DNA of 64,000 nt, from assembly GCA_905178155.1 (NCBI GenBank), contig CAJINV010000016.1, forward strand, positions 1,145,386 through 1,209,385. Direction: 5' to 3'. Below are positions 48,901 through 59,546 of the stretch, one piece after another. The DNA is from Amoebophrya sp. A120 (Eukaryota > Protista > Dinoflagellata). The first letter of the stretch is position 1. Each line of letters starts with the position of its first letter. The notes below the pieces were generated by a model, which saw nothing but the letters and a program-made list of their open reading frames with translations, searched no databases and was not told the origin of the DNA. Both the position numbers and the translations under genes were made by a program.

Positions 48901-51900
48901 TAGCATGCGGCCTGGAGTCATTTGGGGGGTCGTTCGGCTGCCCCTAGTCCTCAACTACTTAGAGGGTGCCCGAAGAGGGTCCAGAAGGGGTCGCCCTTCT
49001 TGGGAAAATGAAATATCTGGCCAGAGGGCCCCCTCTCGCCAACTCATCGGGCAAGAGTGCCTGCTGCCTATGCCGCCCTAGTCAGCAACCCCCACTGCGC
49101 CTGCCGGCGGCCCGAAGACTGGGGATGCTGGGCCTCTACATCACGCGCTGGCGCCACTGCGTTGCGATTTGCGTTCCTCTCCTGCACATGTTATGATGGC
49201 CCATTTGGGCAGCTACGCGATGGGCCGAATCCACTTGACGGCAAATTCAAGGAAACACGTCAGCCCGACTCTCCGAGACTATTCGCGCCCCCATGCGAGA
49301 GCGATGGTAGGCAATTTATTCTACCGAGACCCTTGGCCCGGTGTGATGCTACTCTTCTCTGTCTGACCTTGGTAGTGCGACGTCGCCACACCGTGCCAAG
49401 AAGACTCATGCGCAGCCGCGCGGAGTTTTCCCCCTCTTTGGTGTGTTTGATGCAGGCGCGTCAGCCATTTCGATATATTTGCGAGCGTGCAAGCGGCTGC
49501 CCATCGGCGCGGGGGCAACTCCTTTCCGTATGTTGACTTTCCGCTTGCCCCTACCTGAAAGCCCCACAAACACGGCACCCCAGGAAAGGGCTGTCTTGCG
49601 GTCCCAGATTGTGCGTGCCAGCAGGACAGAGGCCTGCAGGCTTTAAGCGTCTTGGTGCGCAGAACGGACGAGCACAGGCCGCGTCGGTGCGCGCGCTCTG
49701 CAAGCAAGAAGCAAAAACATGAGACAATGCCCCTCCAAGCACCAAAGAAAAATTTTGAAAGTAGTTGAAGAATAAGCACCTGACGCTCTCATACCGGAGA
49801 CGAAAGCGATGCTGTCAAAGAAGCACAGCGGAGTACAAGAACAGCACGGAGATGAGGCTCCTGCACAAAAGCTGACTGCCGACGGGGGTGCGGTCTCTAT
49901 TACAACACCGGGCGGAGGAGCGAAAACCGCGGTGCTGTCGACCACCGCTGGCGCGTCTAGCACCTCCTACGCTTTGGGATCCGGATCTACCGTTTTCACG
50001 GGAGATGGGACCACTACGATCGCCGGTGTGACGACGAGCCCCTTGGTTGTGAACGATGAAACTGATGGCATTGGAGGTTGTTCTGGTGCTGCGGAAGTAG
50101 GGGGAAACAAAAAACTCCTGCCAAAGCTGACTTGCTCTGGCGATGTTGATCTTAAGAACTCCGATGGCGCGACGAAGATGTTGATTCCTTTGAAAGATGG
50201 CCCTGATGATACTCTCGTCCTCCCCGCACAGAACCAGCAAAACCAGACGGGGATCATTTCTACTACTTCCCGAAGCGGCGAGCAACAAGCTGGCTTGACG
50301 CAAAACGTTAACCAGCAAAAAGACAACGAAGACGCGCAGTCGCAGAACAACCTTCCGCCGGAGGGGTCGATTTCGTCCAGTAATCGCTCGGGGTCCCATG
50401 CGACGTCCTCTAAAAACAGCAAGCAACTGAAGCCGGCCTTGCTCAACATGCGCGCCGCGTTTCAGTGGCTAGACGTTGGGTTCCAAGCGGCCCCGGGGGC
50501 GGGGGCGCAGGATATTGCAGGTGGAAATAAAGCAGGAGCAACCTCGAACAACAATTTCGATCTTCAGTCGCGCTCCGGCGCTTCCTCGGAGCAGGTGGGT
50601 GGGACAAACGAGAATAATAGCAGTAACGTCGACGCCCTCACAAGTTCCGACAAGACGAGCAACGATCTGACTTCCGGCTCCCGCATGGAGGCTGCAGGAG
50701 GACCAGGCGCTCCTTCTTCTGTCTGCTCCGACGACCTGTTTATTTCGAACCAGAGCACCAGCAGCCGCGGACTCACCGGCACGAACAAGGTTTCAGGCAC
50801 CTACGGAGACCTGGACAGTTGCGAGAACATGAGTTCGATTTCCAGCAGCTATGCGCGCAGTTCCGACTTCGGCACCGACGCGGCTACTTCCAGAGGTGCA
50901 GGACCTCGCGGCAAAAATAAAGATCAGCCTTCGCCAAACAACTACGGGGACCACCGGGTGGGACATCTACAAGGCAGCGGCGCAGGACTTTCTTTCCTCT
51001 ATCCGCCCTCGTCGGCCTTTCCGTCGCCGAGCCGGGCCTTCTCGCCGCAGCTGATGCTCCAGAATCTGCCGCGGAACCTGACGCGCGAAGATCTGCGCCG
51101 CCTGGTCCGGTACTTCAACCTCTGCCGCGTGGAGAAGGTCGAGCGCGTCGGCAACGGCCACCACGGCAAGGATCAGAAGGGCACCGGGAAGATGGGCAAC
51201 GGCGCCGGCTTCTACGGCAAGGACAACACCTTCTGTGGGCCCTGTCCCACCGTGGAACAATCCTCGCAGCAGCAGCAGACGTATCCCATGTGCAAAAGCA
51301 TCGTACTCGACGTCGTCCTAATCGCTATCGCAATCATGCAAGATGACAAGCCATCTTGTCGACCTAAATCAGCATGGCAAATTTCATTTGTCATCATGCT
51401 GGGCGAATTTGTATTTGTATCTATAGCGATTACTTCTACGTACTACCGTGACATCAAAGAACCTTTTGCATTGCATAAGATGCACAAGACGCAGGTCCTG
51501 ATCACGCACGAGGAAGCGCGGCTGGAAGCCACGGACCGCGAGATCGCCGAAGTGCAGCCGTTGCAGACCGGCTCCTTATATCAAATCCAAAAATGTCTGG
51601 GTCTTGAAACTTGTGATGCTGGGTGGCGTCTCATGATGAGGCCACAAGTGCTGGCTCAGCATGGCAAGTTTCTGAGCCTCTAGGTGTTGCTTATTCTGCA
51701 TGACAAACTGCGTTTCTGCATCACAGAAAAATGAAGCTGTTGGGTAACGTGCATGACAGATTTAAGAGTCATGCCAGACAAGCATCACAAACATGCATTC
51801 TTCCAGACCCAGACATGTTTGCATTTGATACCTTACCGGTCTTAACCCTGGTGATCACGTCCGGGGGCGGCGCGAACCTGCAGGACGGAGGCTCCTCTGG

Positions 51901-54900
51901 CCACCCCCGCGGGGCGGGCACGCGCGCGGCCTTCATCCAGCGCTGCTTTTGCGGGAAGCACACGGAACTCGACGACGTTTTCTGCGTGGAGCGCGTGCCC
52001 TACAGCCTGCAGAAGGCGCTGCCGGGGACCGCGAAGCACGGCGCCTTCTTGCGGATGATGCGCCGCAACCTGTCCAAGATGGTGGCCCGCGAGTCGTTCG
52101 AACTCCGATTGCTGGAAGATTTGCGGTTGCGGTTCGCGAACGAGGTACCCTATGTAAAAACGTCCCCACTCCATATTTGTAGTGCAAATGTGCAACGACT
52201 GTAACATTTGTAATGCGCATCTGCATGAGAGGCATTTCCAATCGTGTTTTGGACTTTGTAATGCTGTAAACAGGATGACAAGCTGGCTTTCTCGTCATGC
52301 GGCTGCCTTTGCCAACCAGCACTACACTGCCGATGGGAACTTGTCATGCACAGCGCCCAAATCTTGGAGATTTGTGTTGCAGATAGACCAACTTGACTAT
52401 CGGGCGGGGACGTTTTTGCTCAGGATACGAGGCGAAATCGCGCGCGGGGCAAATGAACTTCTGCCGGGACATCACCTTCTGCTTCGACCTGCACGAAGAC
52501 AAACACTGCCGCATCCAAATGGCTACGCAGGTATGATGTTGGGGTCGAAAGAGCTTTTGCTTTTCACATTCAATAGTCCTGTCTGCGTTAGTGTGATTGT
52601 GATACTTATTAATTTCAATTTCCACCTCCGATTTTTTTACTGATTCTGTACCTGTACGTCTTTCTCATCATGATCATAGTCATTTCATCTGAAAGCATTG
52701 TGATTGGCTCCGGATGAACAGGATCATGATCGTCCAGTCTTCCTAAAACCTATCTCCCCAACCCCGACATCAGGGTCCTCCTGGGTGAAGATCAACATTA
52801 TGTTGTTGTTGGTGATCTCGATATATAACATCAACACTTTTATCGGCATAATTTAAGTAAGTAGTACGTACAACAAACACCTCAGGTTCTCCTCTGGTTG
52901 TGGCGTTATTCGCAGAACCTGTCCACCTCCAAGTCCGCGATGTTGCAATTTGTCGGGCGGTATCAAATGTAAAAATGTCTGGGTCTGGAAGAGTGCAAGA
53001 TTTGTGATGCAGGTTTTCCATGACCCACGAGGTCTGCAATGCGAGACCCAGCATGACAGATTCTTTGACGTCTCTATCATGCCTTTCCTGCATGAGAATC
53101 TCCCTCTCAACTTGGTCAAAAGCGGACAGCTTTTGACACTTACGCAACACAGATTTTTGCATCATTGAGATTTAGCATGACAAGTTCCATTCTTCCAGAC
53201 CCAGACACTTTTACACTTGATAGGCGGAAAGAGGGCAACAACGGGGGCTTAAACCCGACCTTCCGCGTCCGCCATGTGTACGACCGCACGGACCTGATGA
53301 TGGACGAGGAGGTCCGAGACTACGTGCAACACCAATCCACCTGGGACCTGTTTAAGTTGGACCCCAGCTATGAACTGCAAAAGTATCGTACTAGTAGTAA
53401 TTGCAGTCATGCATGACAAAACTGGTTCCTTAGCTTATTCGGCATTACAAATTCCATTTTTCTTTCTGGAGAAATTTGTAATGCTATTTCTACTAGTACG
53501 ATGCCTTTGCAATGCATACCTCCATGTGCTGGTCGATTCGGAACATCTCGCCGCCCGCTTTGGAAACGTACACCGAGGTATCAAATATAAAAGTGTCTGG
53601 GTCTGGAAGATTGCCAGGGTTGTCATGCACATTTTGCATGACTACTGATGTCTGTGATGCATGCCCTAGCATCACAGATTTTGTGAGGGCTTCCTGATAC
53701 CTATACCGCATGACAAATGCTCTTTCCGTGTAGCAAAACTTGGGCTCTCCTTGCTGCTCATGCAATACAGATTTTTTTGGAATCCAAAATCAGCATGACA
53801 ATTGGGATTCTTCCAGACCCAGACACTTTTGCATTTGATACGAGGCCGAACTCGCCCGCCGGCGCGCGCGGAGGCAAGTGCGCATGAAGGCGGCGCAGCT
53901 GCGGAAGCAGCAGCGAGCAAACAACAAGGGACAAGCTGCGAAGAAAGGTGTGGCAGGAGAGCTCGACCGAAATAACACCAGTAAATCTTCGGACGGCACA
54001 GAAGTTGTGAACGCGAACAGTGTTGAACATGGTGAGCTGTTGGAAAGAACTGCCGACGACAAAGCTCCTTTGGAACAAGGTGAGCAAGAACCTGGCAATG
54101 TGGATCATTTGTCCGATGACGACGACGATCACGCCGACGACATTGACTTTACGAAACCGATCGAAGGGCAGCAGAAGATGAAACAAAAAGCCACGATTGC
54201 TGGTCATCTTCAAAGCAAGGCCGCTTTGAAAACGGGTAGTTCCTCCTCGGCGGAACAAGATTGCGATCATTTGTTGAATAAGCATCGCAAAAGTATCGTA
54301 CTAGTACAAATTGCATTGCAAATTTTTTGTGAAACAAAAATGCAGTTTGTCATGCGGATTTCGGTAAAAAAGCGAATCTGTCATGCGTCGTTGCATTTGC
54401 AATTAATACGTATACGAGTGCGATACTTTTGCAATGCATATTGAATTCCTCTTCGAAAGGTACATCCGACCAAGACCTCCTGCAAGACGCGGCACTGCTA
54501 CAAGATCCCTCGCAGGCCGCCTTGGAGCCGGTTCCCATCCCGCCCTCTCTTCTGAATTCGAACCGTTGTATGAAAGTGCACAACTCCCCCTCCCCCTCAT
54601 TTGTCATGCAAAATTCCAAATCCACCCTTTGCCTGTTAGTACGGTTTGCATGACAGATTCCGGAATCCGAAACAGCACTACAATCTCCTAGAAGGAATTT
54701 GTCATGCAAAAGCTGCATCTTTGCCAGCGCATGTGTTGCTGTTCATGCAATACAAATGAGGGGGAGGGGGAGTTGTGCACTGTCATACGTTGTCGCCCGT
54801 GGCTGGAATGCACCTACATCTGCGGCACTAGGATGAAGCTCAGCTTTCGGAAAGGTATATATCATGTAGAAGAGCTCTCTAGAAGAAGAAGCATGTGGTC

Positions 54901-57900
54901 TTGTAGTGGATGCCATCGCGGCTTGGACAGTGCTGCTTCGGCAGCCTTGCTTTCTTTCAAAATTATTTTTACAGCAATGTCGTTAACTGCTAATAAATAC
55001 ACCGATCATCATGTCGGTTGTTTTTGCATCGATGTCTATCACGATAGAACAGCACACAAATCGATTCATCAAATTCTCAAATAATCCAGACCTTGCCATC
55101 CAAAACTCCGTGATTGCGTATTGCGAAGCGAACCAGATCAAGGTCGAGAATGTCGGGCCGGTGGCGCCACTGTCTTACGTATCAACTGCAAAAATGTCTG
55201 GGTCTGGAAGAGTGCCAGACTTGTCATGCAGGTTTTCCATGACCCATGAGGTCTGGCATGAAGGACATAGCATGACAGATTCTGTGAGGGTTCTATAATG
55301 CCTATCCTGCATGAGAATCTGCCTCTCGATTAGGTCAAAAGTGGGCAGCTTTTGGTAATCACGCAACACAGATTTTTACATGATTCCAATTTAGCATGAC
55401 AAGTTGGAATCTTCCAGACGCAGATCCAGACATTTTTATATTTGATAGCACGCCGACTTGGACAACTACAAGATGCTGGTGGACAAGAAACAGTGCCAGG
55501 GTATGCGGACTGTCATGGAGGAAGAAACAGCTGGCGAAAATAACGGAGCTGCAGGAAACAATCAGCACTCGGGCACCACAACTTCCAACGGCAACGGGAA
55601 CAACAACAATTACACTACAAGCAGTGGCACTCTGTTCGGCAGCAGCACTTCGCCTGATGATCCTTCCGCCATTGCTTTGGCTCAGAATGGAAACGGGTTT
55701 GCGATCGCTCCGTTCAACACGAAGAACAACGGTGAAGTAGATCCGACGGCAAACAACACTGGTTTGGGTGGATCCCAAGAACTTCTTCGCAAACTGGACT
55801 CCGAGACGGAGTTCGAAACGCAGGAAGAGATGATGCGCAAGGCGTTTCAAAACGTGTTCGACGAGGCGAAGCGGGATGTCATTCTGGAGCGGTTGATGGG
55901 CCTCAAATTGACCGTGGCTTCCACGCTGAACTCCACCGCGCTGCCCTCGCACATCGGCTACCACATCTGTTCCAACGGCATGGCGAGTTGGTTCTACTCG
56001 CAGCTCGGGATGTGTTATGCATTGCAAATATGTCTGGGTCTGGAAGGTTGTAACTTGTGATGCTACCTTTGGACTCTAAAAAAATCTGTATTGCATGACC
56101 AGCAAAAGGAGTAGAGTTTGTGCTACGCGGGGAGGGCATTTGTCATGCGGAATAGGCATCGCGAAGGTCTCTAAAAATCTGTGATGCTACGTCGTGCATT
56201 ACAGACATCCTGAGTCAGGGAAAATATGCATGACAAACCTGGCAACCTTCCAGACCCAGACATATTTGCATTTGATATGTGTGTGAAATTCAACATTGGG
56301 TACTTGGAAGCGACGCAGCTCTGGGTGGAGGGGAAAGAATTACGGGCTTTGATGCTCCGGAATCAGGCCCCCGGCTCTGGCGGAACAGGATTATTATCCA
56401 GCGGTCTTCTTGACAAAAAAACTCTCTCGTTACGATCTACGCACGCCGGTGCAGGAGCAGGCGACGAGAATATTAACGTCTACCACACCACCCAGCAGCT
56501 TTACGGCCCCCGCAGCACGTTGTACAAAGATACGCATTACCGGGAACAGGTGCGGGCGATTGGAGGAAATATGGTACCTATCCAAGAAAAAGTCTGTGTT
56601 AGTGTAAGTCTTTTGGGAAAACAGCATCACAAGTTTGTCTGCCGTGACAGGAAAAGCTTGTAATGCCCAGATAGGAAGGGAAAACACATAGGAAGCCAGC
56701 CGATCACGCATGTGGTCGAGCATGACAAGTCTAACTGTTTTGCACTTTCTGCATCACAGATTTACACTATACACAGTTTTTTTCTTGCATAGTACCCGCT
56801 CGGGATGCGGAGTTTCACAGCATCGAGGATTTGAATTCCCTGGATGATGAGGAAAACTTACATTTGCACTCTTTCGAAGTAGAGAACAACTTGAATTTCC
56901 AGTGGTTGGACCACCGCAACAGCAAACACAACGCTACCGCGGCTCCGAAGTTTGAGAACGAAGACTGCGAGGTGCAGAATCAGTACCACGTGGATTGGTT
57001 ATGCGTTGCAAATATGTCTGGGTCTGGAAAGGTGGAACTTGTAATGCGCGTCATGCATTCCTGCAAAATCTGTGCTGCATGAACAGCAAGTGGGCAGCTT
57101 TCCTTGTCATGCAGCACTACCACAGTTTATAATTATCCGTCTTAGGTATCAGAAAGTGTTCCGAAAGCTTGTCATGCTGAGCTGCCATTGCAAGCGTTAC
57201 AATCATGCGCAATTCAGCATCGCAGATTTCCAGACCCAGACATATTTGCAGTTGATATTGGTGCATGGTCGACCATGCGCATTGGCGGGACCGCGACGCG
57301 CGCTATGAAATGTAAAAATGTCTGGGTCTGGAAGAGTGTAGACTTGTCATGCAGATTTTCCATGACCCATGAGGTCTGGAATGCGGGACTTAGCATGACA
57401 GACTCTGCGAGGCCTCTGCCATGCCTATTCTGCATGAGAAACTCTGTTCCAACTTGGTCCAAAGTGGACAGCTTTTGACACTCATGCAACACAGATTTTT
57501 GCATGCTTCAGATTTACCATGACAAGTTGCAATCTCCCAGACCCAGACACTTTTGCAATTCATACACGCCGGAGTCAGTCGAAATTCAAGGAATTTTTGC
57601 GGTCCGAAGAGCAGCAAGAAGAGATGAAATTCTCCGGGTATAATGCTGGAGATAAAAGCAACGGGTTGTTCTGCTCTGTGAACAGGGATGTGGATCCGAC
57701 CAAGTTTTCCTGTAAGTTTAACAAGTATAACATGTGGATCAACACCGGTTTCCGCGAGGTTCGTGCCTTCCCGATCTACCGCGTGGCGACCAACTACGAG
57801 GAATACGTCCGCTACATCAACGGCTTTCTGCATGTCTTTTACGTCAGCAGCTCCGTCGACTCCGGGCTTTATAAGGACTTGTGGTACAAAAATCTACAAC

Positions 57901-59546
57901 ATGTGCATCAACTCTTCCTGACTTGTTTTCTGACTGCATGACGTTGGTTATACTTCCTTGGACGATGATGCATCAGATTGATCATGAGCTAAAAGTAAAA
58001 ACCGCGGCTCCTTCGATAAGGTTGTTCCAATCTTGAAATAAACAATCAGGTACGACAAGGAGACTCTGCGCGATCTGTTGATTCACAAGGATGAGTTAGC
58101 GGCGAAGATGAATAACACGAGCACCCGAGGAGCCAGCTCTTCTGGAGCAGGTGCAGCAACTTCTGCGACCACCACGACTGAAGAAAAGAATAACGCCGTC
58201 GACCACATGGAGCGCACGCAATCCGATTCCAGCACGGAAACTACAGCGTCTACTGGCGGGAGTACTGCTGACAAGAAAAGCGTGGGGAAAAAAATCATCC
58301 GCGAGGAAACCACGGGCGTTTCGAAGAAGAAGGTAGCGGCAAAAACCTCCAGTCGCTCGACCAACAAGTACCGGAACTATGGGGTGCCGTTGTCCGATCT
58401 GGTGTGGGATCCGGATATTCACGTGTTTGACTGCTTTTGCATCACGCACCCGATGTTTGTGAACCTGAAGTTGCAGAAAGCCTACGTGATTTGGCCACGG
58501 TCGAGGTCGGAGCTGCTCGAGGTCTACGACAACATCGATGTTGCGGAGAATGTGTTGACAAAGAAAGATGACAAGAACGAAGATGGTGCTACCGGCAAGG
58601 ACGAGGATGGCAATACTACCGGAACCGGCGCAAAGGTACAAAGAGAACTAGTAGAGCTGCTCTGCAAGAAATGTACACTACTCTCAGCTCTTACTAGCGC
58701 TTCATTTTTGATACTTAAATAAACATGATACACCTGCTTCATACCTCTTCTTGAAAATCAGATCGGTTTTTTCTTTTTTTCTCCCTCCACCTTTTTGTTT
58801 CACCTCTACTTAATTTTTTTGTTTCTTTTCAGGCTCCCGGCTCTTTCGGAGATGTAGTAGCTGAAGAAGAAAGTGTTGCTTCTCGTGACGACGGTGATGT
58901 TCTTCCTGAGCTGCAAAATAAGACTGCCATCTGTGACTCTTCTGAGAGTGAAGAGCACACGACTCATGATTTTTCCCGTACCACACCGCGCGCTCGAACT
59001 CCCAGCTATTTAAAACAGAAGGACAAGCGGACCCGGCTGGTACAGGAGGACATCGAAAACGGTCGGGTGCACCGATTTCCGCAGTCCTGGAAGCTCCACG
59101 AGCTGCCGCTGCACTCGGTGGTTGCGTTGCGAAACCGGGAAGAGGTGTTGAGCACGATCACGCGATTATCCTGAGCAAAAATGTCCCCAACCCAGAGTTG
59201 TCATGCAAATCTGCATGCCAGAAAAGCAAAAGTTTCTCATGCGGAGCCGCCTGAGAGCCATTTTCGACATCAGGTTTTGGAATTTGTGATGCTAGAATCA
59301 GCAAGCATGATGTGCTAGATCTATGATGCTTCGGAACTAGCTAAACAGGATTACACTCTACAACGAGGACAAACTTGTCATGCGAAACAACCAAAGCTGG
59401 TTGATTTGTCTAGCAGATTTCCCATCTTGGCTCAGATGTGGGAACATTTTTACTCAGGATAGCGATTTGACCTGATTTTGTCGGGAGAAAACCTGCGCGG
59501 TTTCAGCCCAGAGGAGCTGGCGGGGTTGACTTCGGTGGACGAGTGA
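36988..59546 (+). CDS. Giant (~3,755 aa) hypothetical protein: Q/G/H/N-rich low-complexity N-terminal two-thirds, an RRM-like segment and globular C-terminal regions; 27 introners and 4 GT-AG introns (52531-52915, 54855-55089, 57884-58049, 58636-58832)
   Basis: Each of the 31 junctions was checked by hand and keeps the frame from ATG 36988 (MQYNQAQQ) to TGA 59544-59546. Summed exon length 11,268 nt is divisible by 3. RRM-like motif LMLQNLPRNLTREDLRRLV near 51050. Confidence 0.75.
37310..37561. mobile_element. TAT...ATA introner, family A
   Basis: Family A TIRs; TSD CGAAG/CGGAG. Confidence 0.9.
37663..37984. mobile_element. TAT...ATA introner, family E
   Basis: TATCACAAGGAAAAATCCCCCCTCCCCATA...TATGGGGAGGGGGGGTTTTTCCTCTCAATA; TSD TGCAG. 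Confidence 0.9.
39305..41425. mobile_element. Diverged family A introner with a MULE-like element inserted in its right TIR (2,121 bp in total)
   Basis: TATGCACTGCAAATGTGTAATCTGGGTCTGGAA...CCAGACA[insert]...TTTGCAATGGATA; TSD CGTCG/CTTTG; frame restored. Confidence 0.8.
39600..41404. mobile_element. Non-autonomous Mutator (MULE)/Foldback-like transposon, 1,805 bp
   Basis: 9-bp TSD AATAATAAT (39591-39599 and 41405-41413); GG...CC termini; modular TIRs of ~8 RGAATCA units (39600-39731) and ~6 inverted TGATTCC-like units (41300-41404). Confidence 0.82.
41490..41749. mobile_element. TAT...ATA introner, family A
   Basis: Family A TIRs; TSD CCGGG/GCAGG. Confidence 0.87.
41864..42158. mobile_element. 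TAT...ATA introner, family F
   Basis: TATCGTATTGGAAAACATCCCCAC...GTGGGGACGTTTTTACTCAGGATA; TSD CGCAG/TGCAG. Confidence 0.86.
42206..42457. mobile_element. TAT...ATA introner, family A
   Basis: Family A TIRs; TSD GGAGG. Confidence 0.92.
42539..42794. mobile_element. TAT...ATA introner, family A
   Basis: Family A TIRs; TSD GAACT. Confidence 0.92.
43700..43961. mobile_element. TAT...ATA introner, family A
   Basis: Family A TIRs; TSD ATGCA. Confidence 0.92.
45533..45840. mobile_element. TAT...ATA introner, family C
   Basis: Family C TIRs; TSD GCCGG/GCAGG. Confidence 0.9.
46600..46862. mobile_element. TAT...ATA introner, family A
   Basis: Family A TIRs; TSD GAAAA. Confidence 0.92.
46965..47176. 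mobile_element. Degenerate family B-like introner (ends ATG rather than ATA)
   Basis: TATCCTGCGCAAAAGCATCG...CTTTTGCCATGCATG; TSD GAAAT/CACAT; frame restored QAE|MMQQ. Confidence 0.7.
47339..47590. mobile_element. TAT...ATA introner, family A
   Basis: Family A TIRs; TSD CGACT. Confidence 0.92.
48018..49793. mobile_element. Long (1,776 bp) TAT...ATA element with ~62-bp TIRs; candidate decayed master or deletion derivative of the introner transposon
   Basis: TIRs 48018-48078 and 49732-49793 (first 16 nt TATGAGAGCGTCAGGT perfect); perfect TSD CCGGA; removal restores LEP|ETKAMLSKK. Confidence 0.88.
48845..48991. repeat. Central inverted repeat of the long element
   Basis: Perfect 16-bp core CCTCTAAGTAGTTGAG (48872-48887) / CTCAACTACTTAGAGG (48950-48965), within imperfect ~42-bp arms. 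Confidence 0.85.
51282..51477. mobile_element. Degenerate family B introner, stop-free and frame-preserving
   Basis: TATCCCATGTGCAAAAGCATCG...CTTTTGCATTGCATA; TSD AGACG/AGATG; 196+5=201 nt. Confidence 0.8.
51579..51830. mobile_element. TAT...ATA introner, family A
   Basis: Family A TIRs; TSD CCTTA. Confidence 0.92.
52146..52427. mobile_element. TAC...ATA introner, family F
   Basis: TACCCTATGTAAAAACGTCCCC...GGGGACGTTTTTGCTCAGGATA; TSD CGAGG. Confidence 0.88.
52961..53222. mobile_element. TAT...ATA introner, family A
   Basis: Family A TIRs; TSD GGCGG. Confidence 0.92.
53369..53518. mobile_element. TAT...ATA introner, family B
   Basis: Family B TIRs; TSD CCAGC/CCTCC. Confidence 0.88.
53579..53840. 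mobile_element. TAT...ATA introner, family A
   Basis: Family A TIRs; TSD CGAGG. Confidence 0.92.
54279..54440. mobile_element. TAA...ATA introner, family B
   Basis: TAAGCATCGCAAAAGTATCG...CGATACTTTTGCAATGCATA; TSD TTGAA. Confidence 0.88.
54569..54787. mobile_element. TAT...ATA introner, family D
   Basis: ~36-bp near-perfect TIR TATGAAAGTGCACAACTCCCCCTCCCCCTCATTTGT; TSD CGTTG. Confidence 0.92.
55180..55447. mobile_element. TAT...ATA introner, family A
   Basis: Family A TIRs; TSD TTACG/GCACG. Confidence 0.88.
56016..56277. mobile_element. TAT...ATA introner, family A
   Basis: Family A TIRs; TSD TGTGT. Confidence 0.92.
56579..56791. mobile_element. TAT...ATA introner, family G
   Basis: TATCCAAGAAAAAGTCTGTGTTAGTGTAA...TTACACTATACACAGTTTTTTTCTTGCATA; TSD GTACC. 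Confidence 0.9.
57000..57257. mobile_element. TAT...ATA introner, family A
   Basis: Family A TIRs; TSD TTGGT. Confidence 0.9.
57304..57564. mobile_element. TAT...ATA introner, family A
   Basis: Family A TIRs; TSD CGCGC/CACGC. Confidence 0.9.
59167..59461. mobile_element. TAT...ATA introner, family F
   Basis: TATCCTGAGCAAAAATGTCCCCA...TGGGAACATTTTTACTCAGGATA; TSD GCGAT. Confidence 0.9.
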
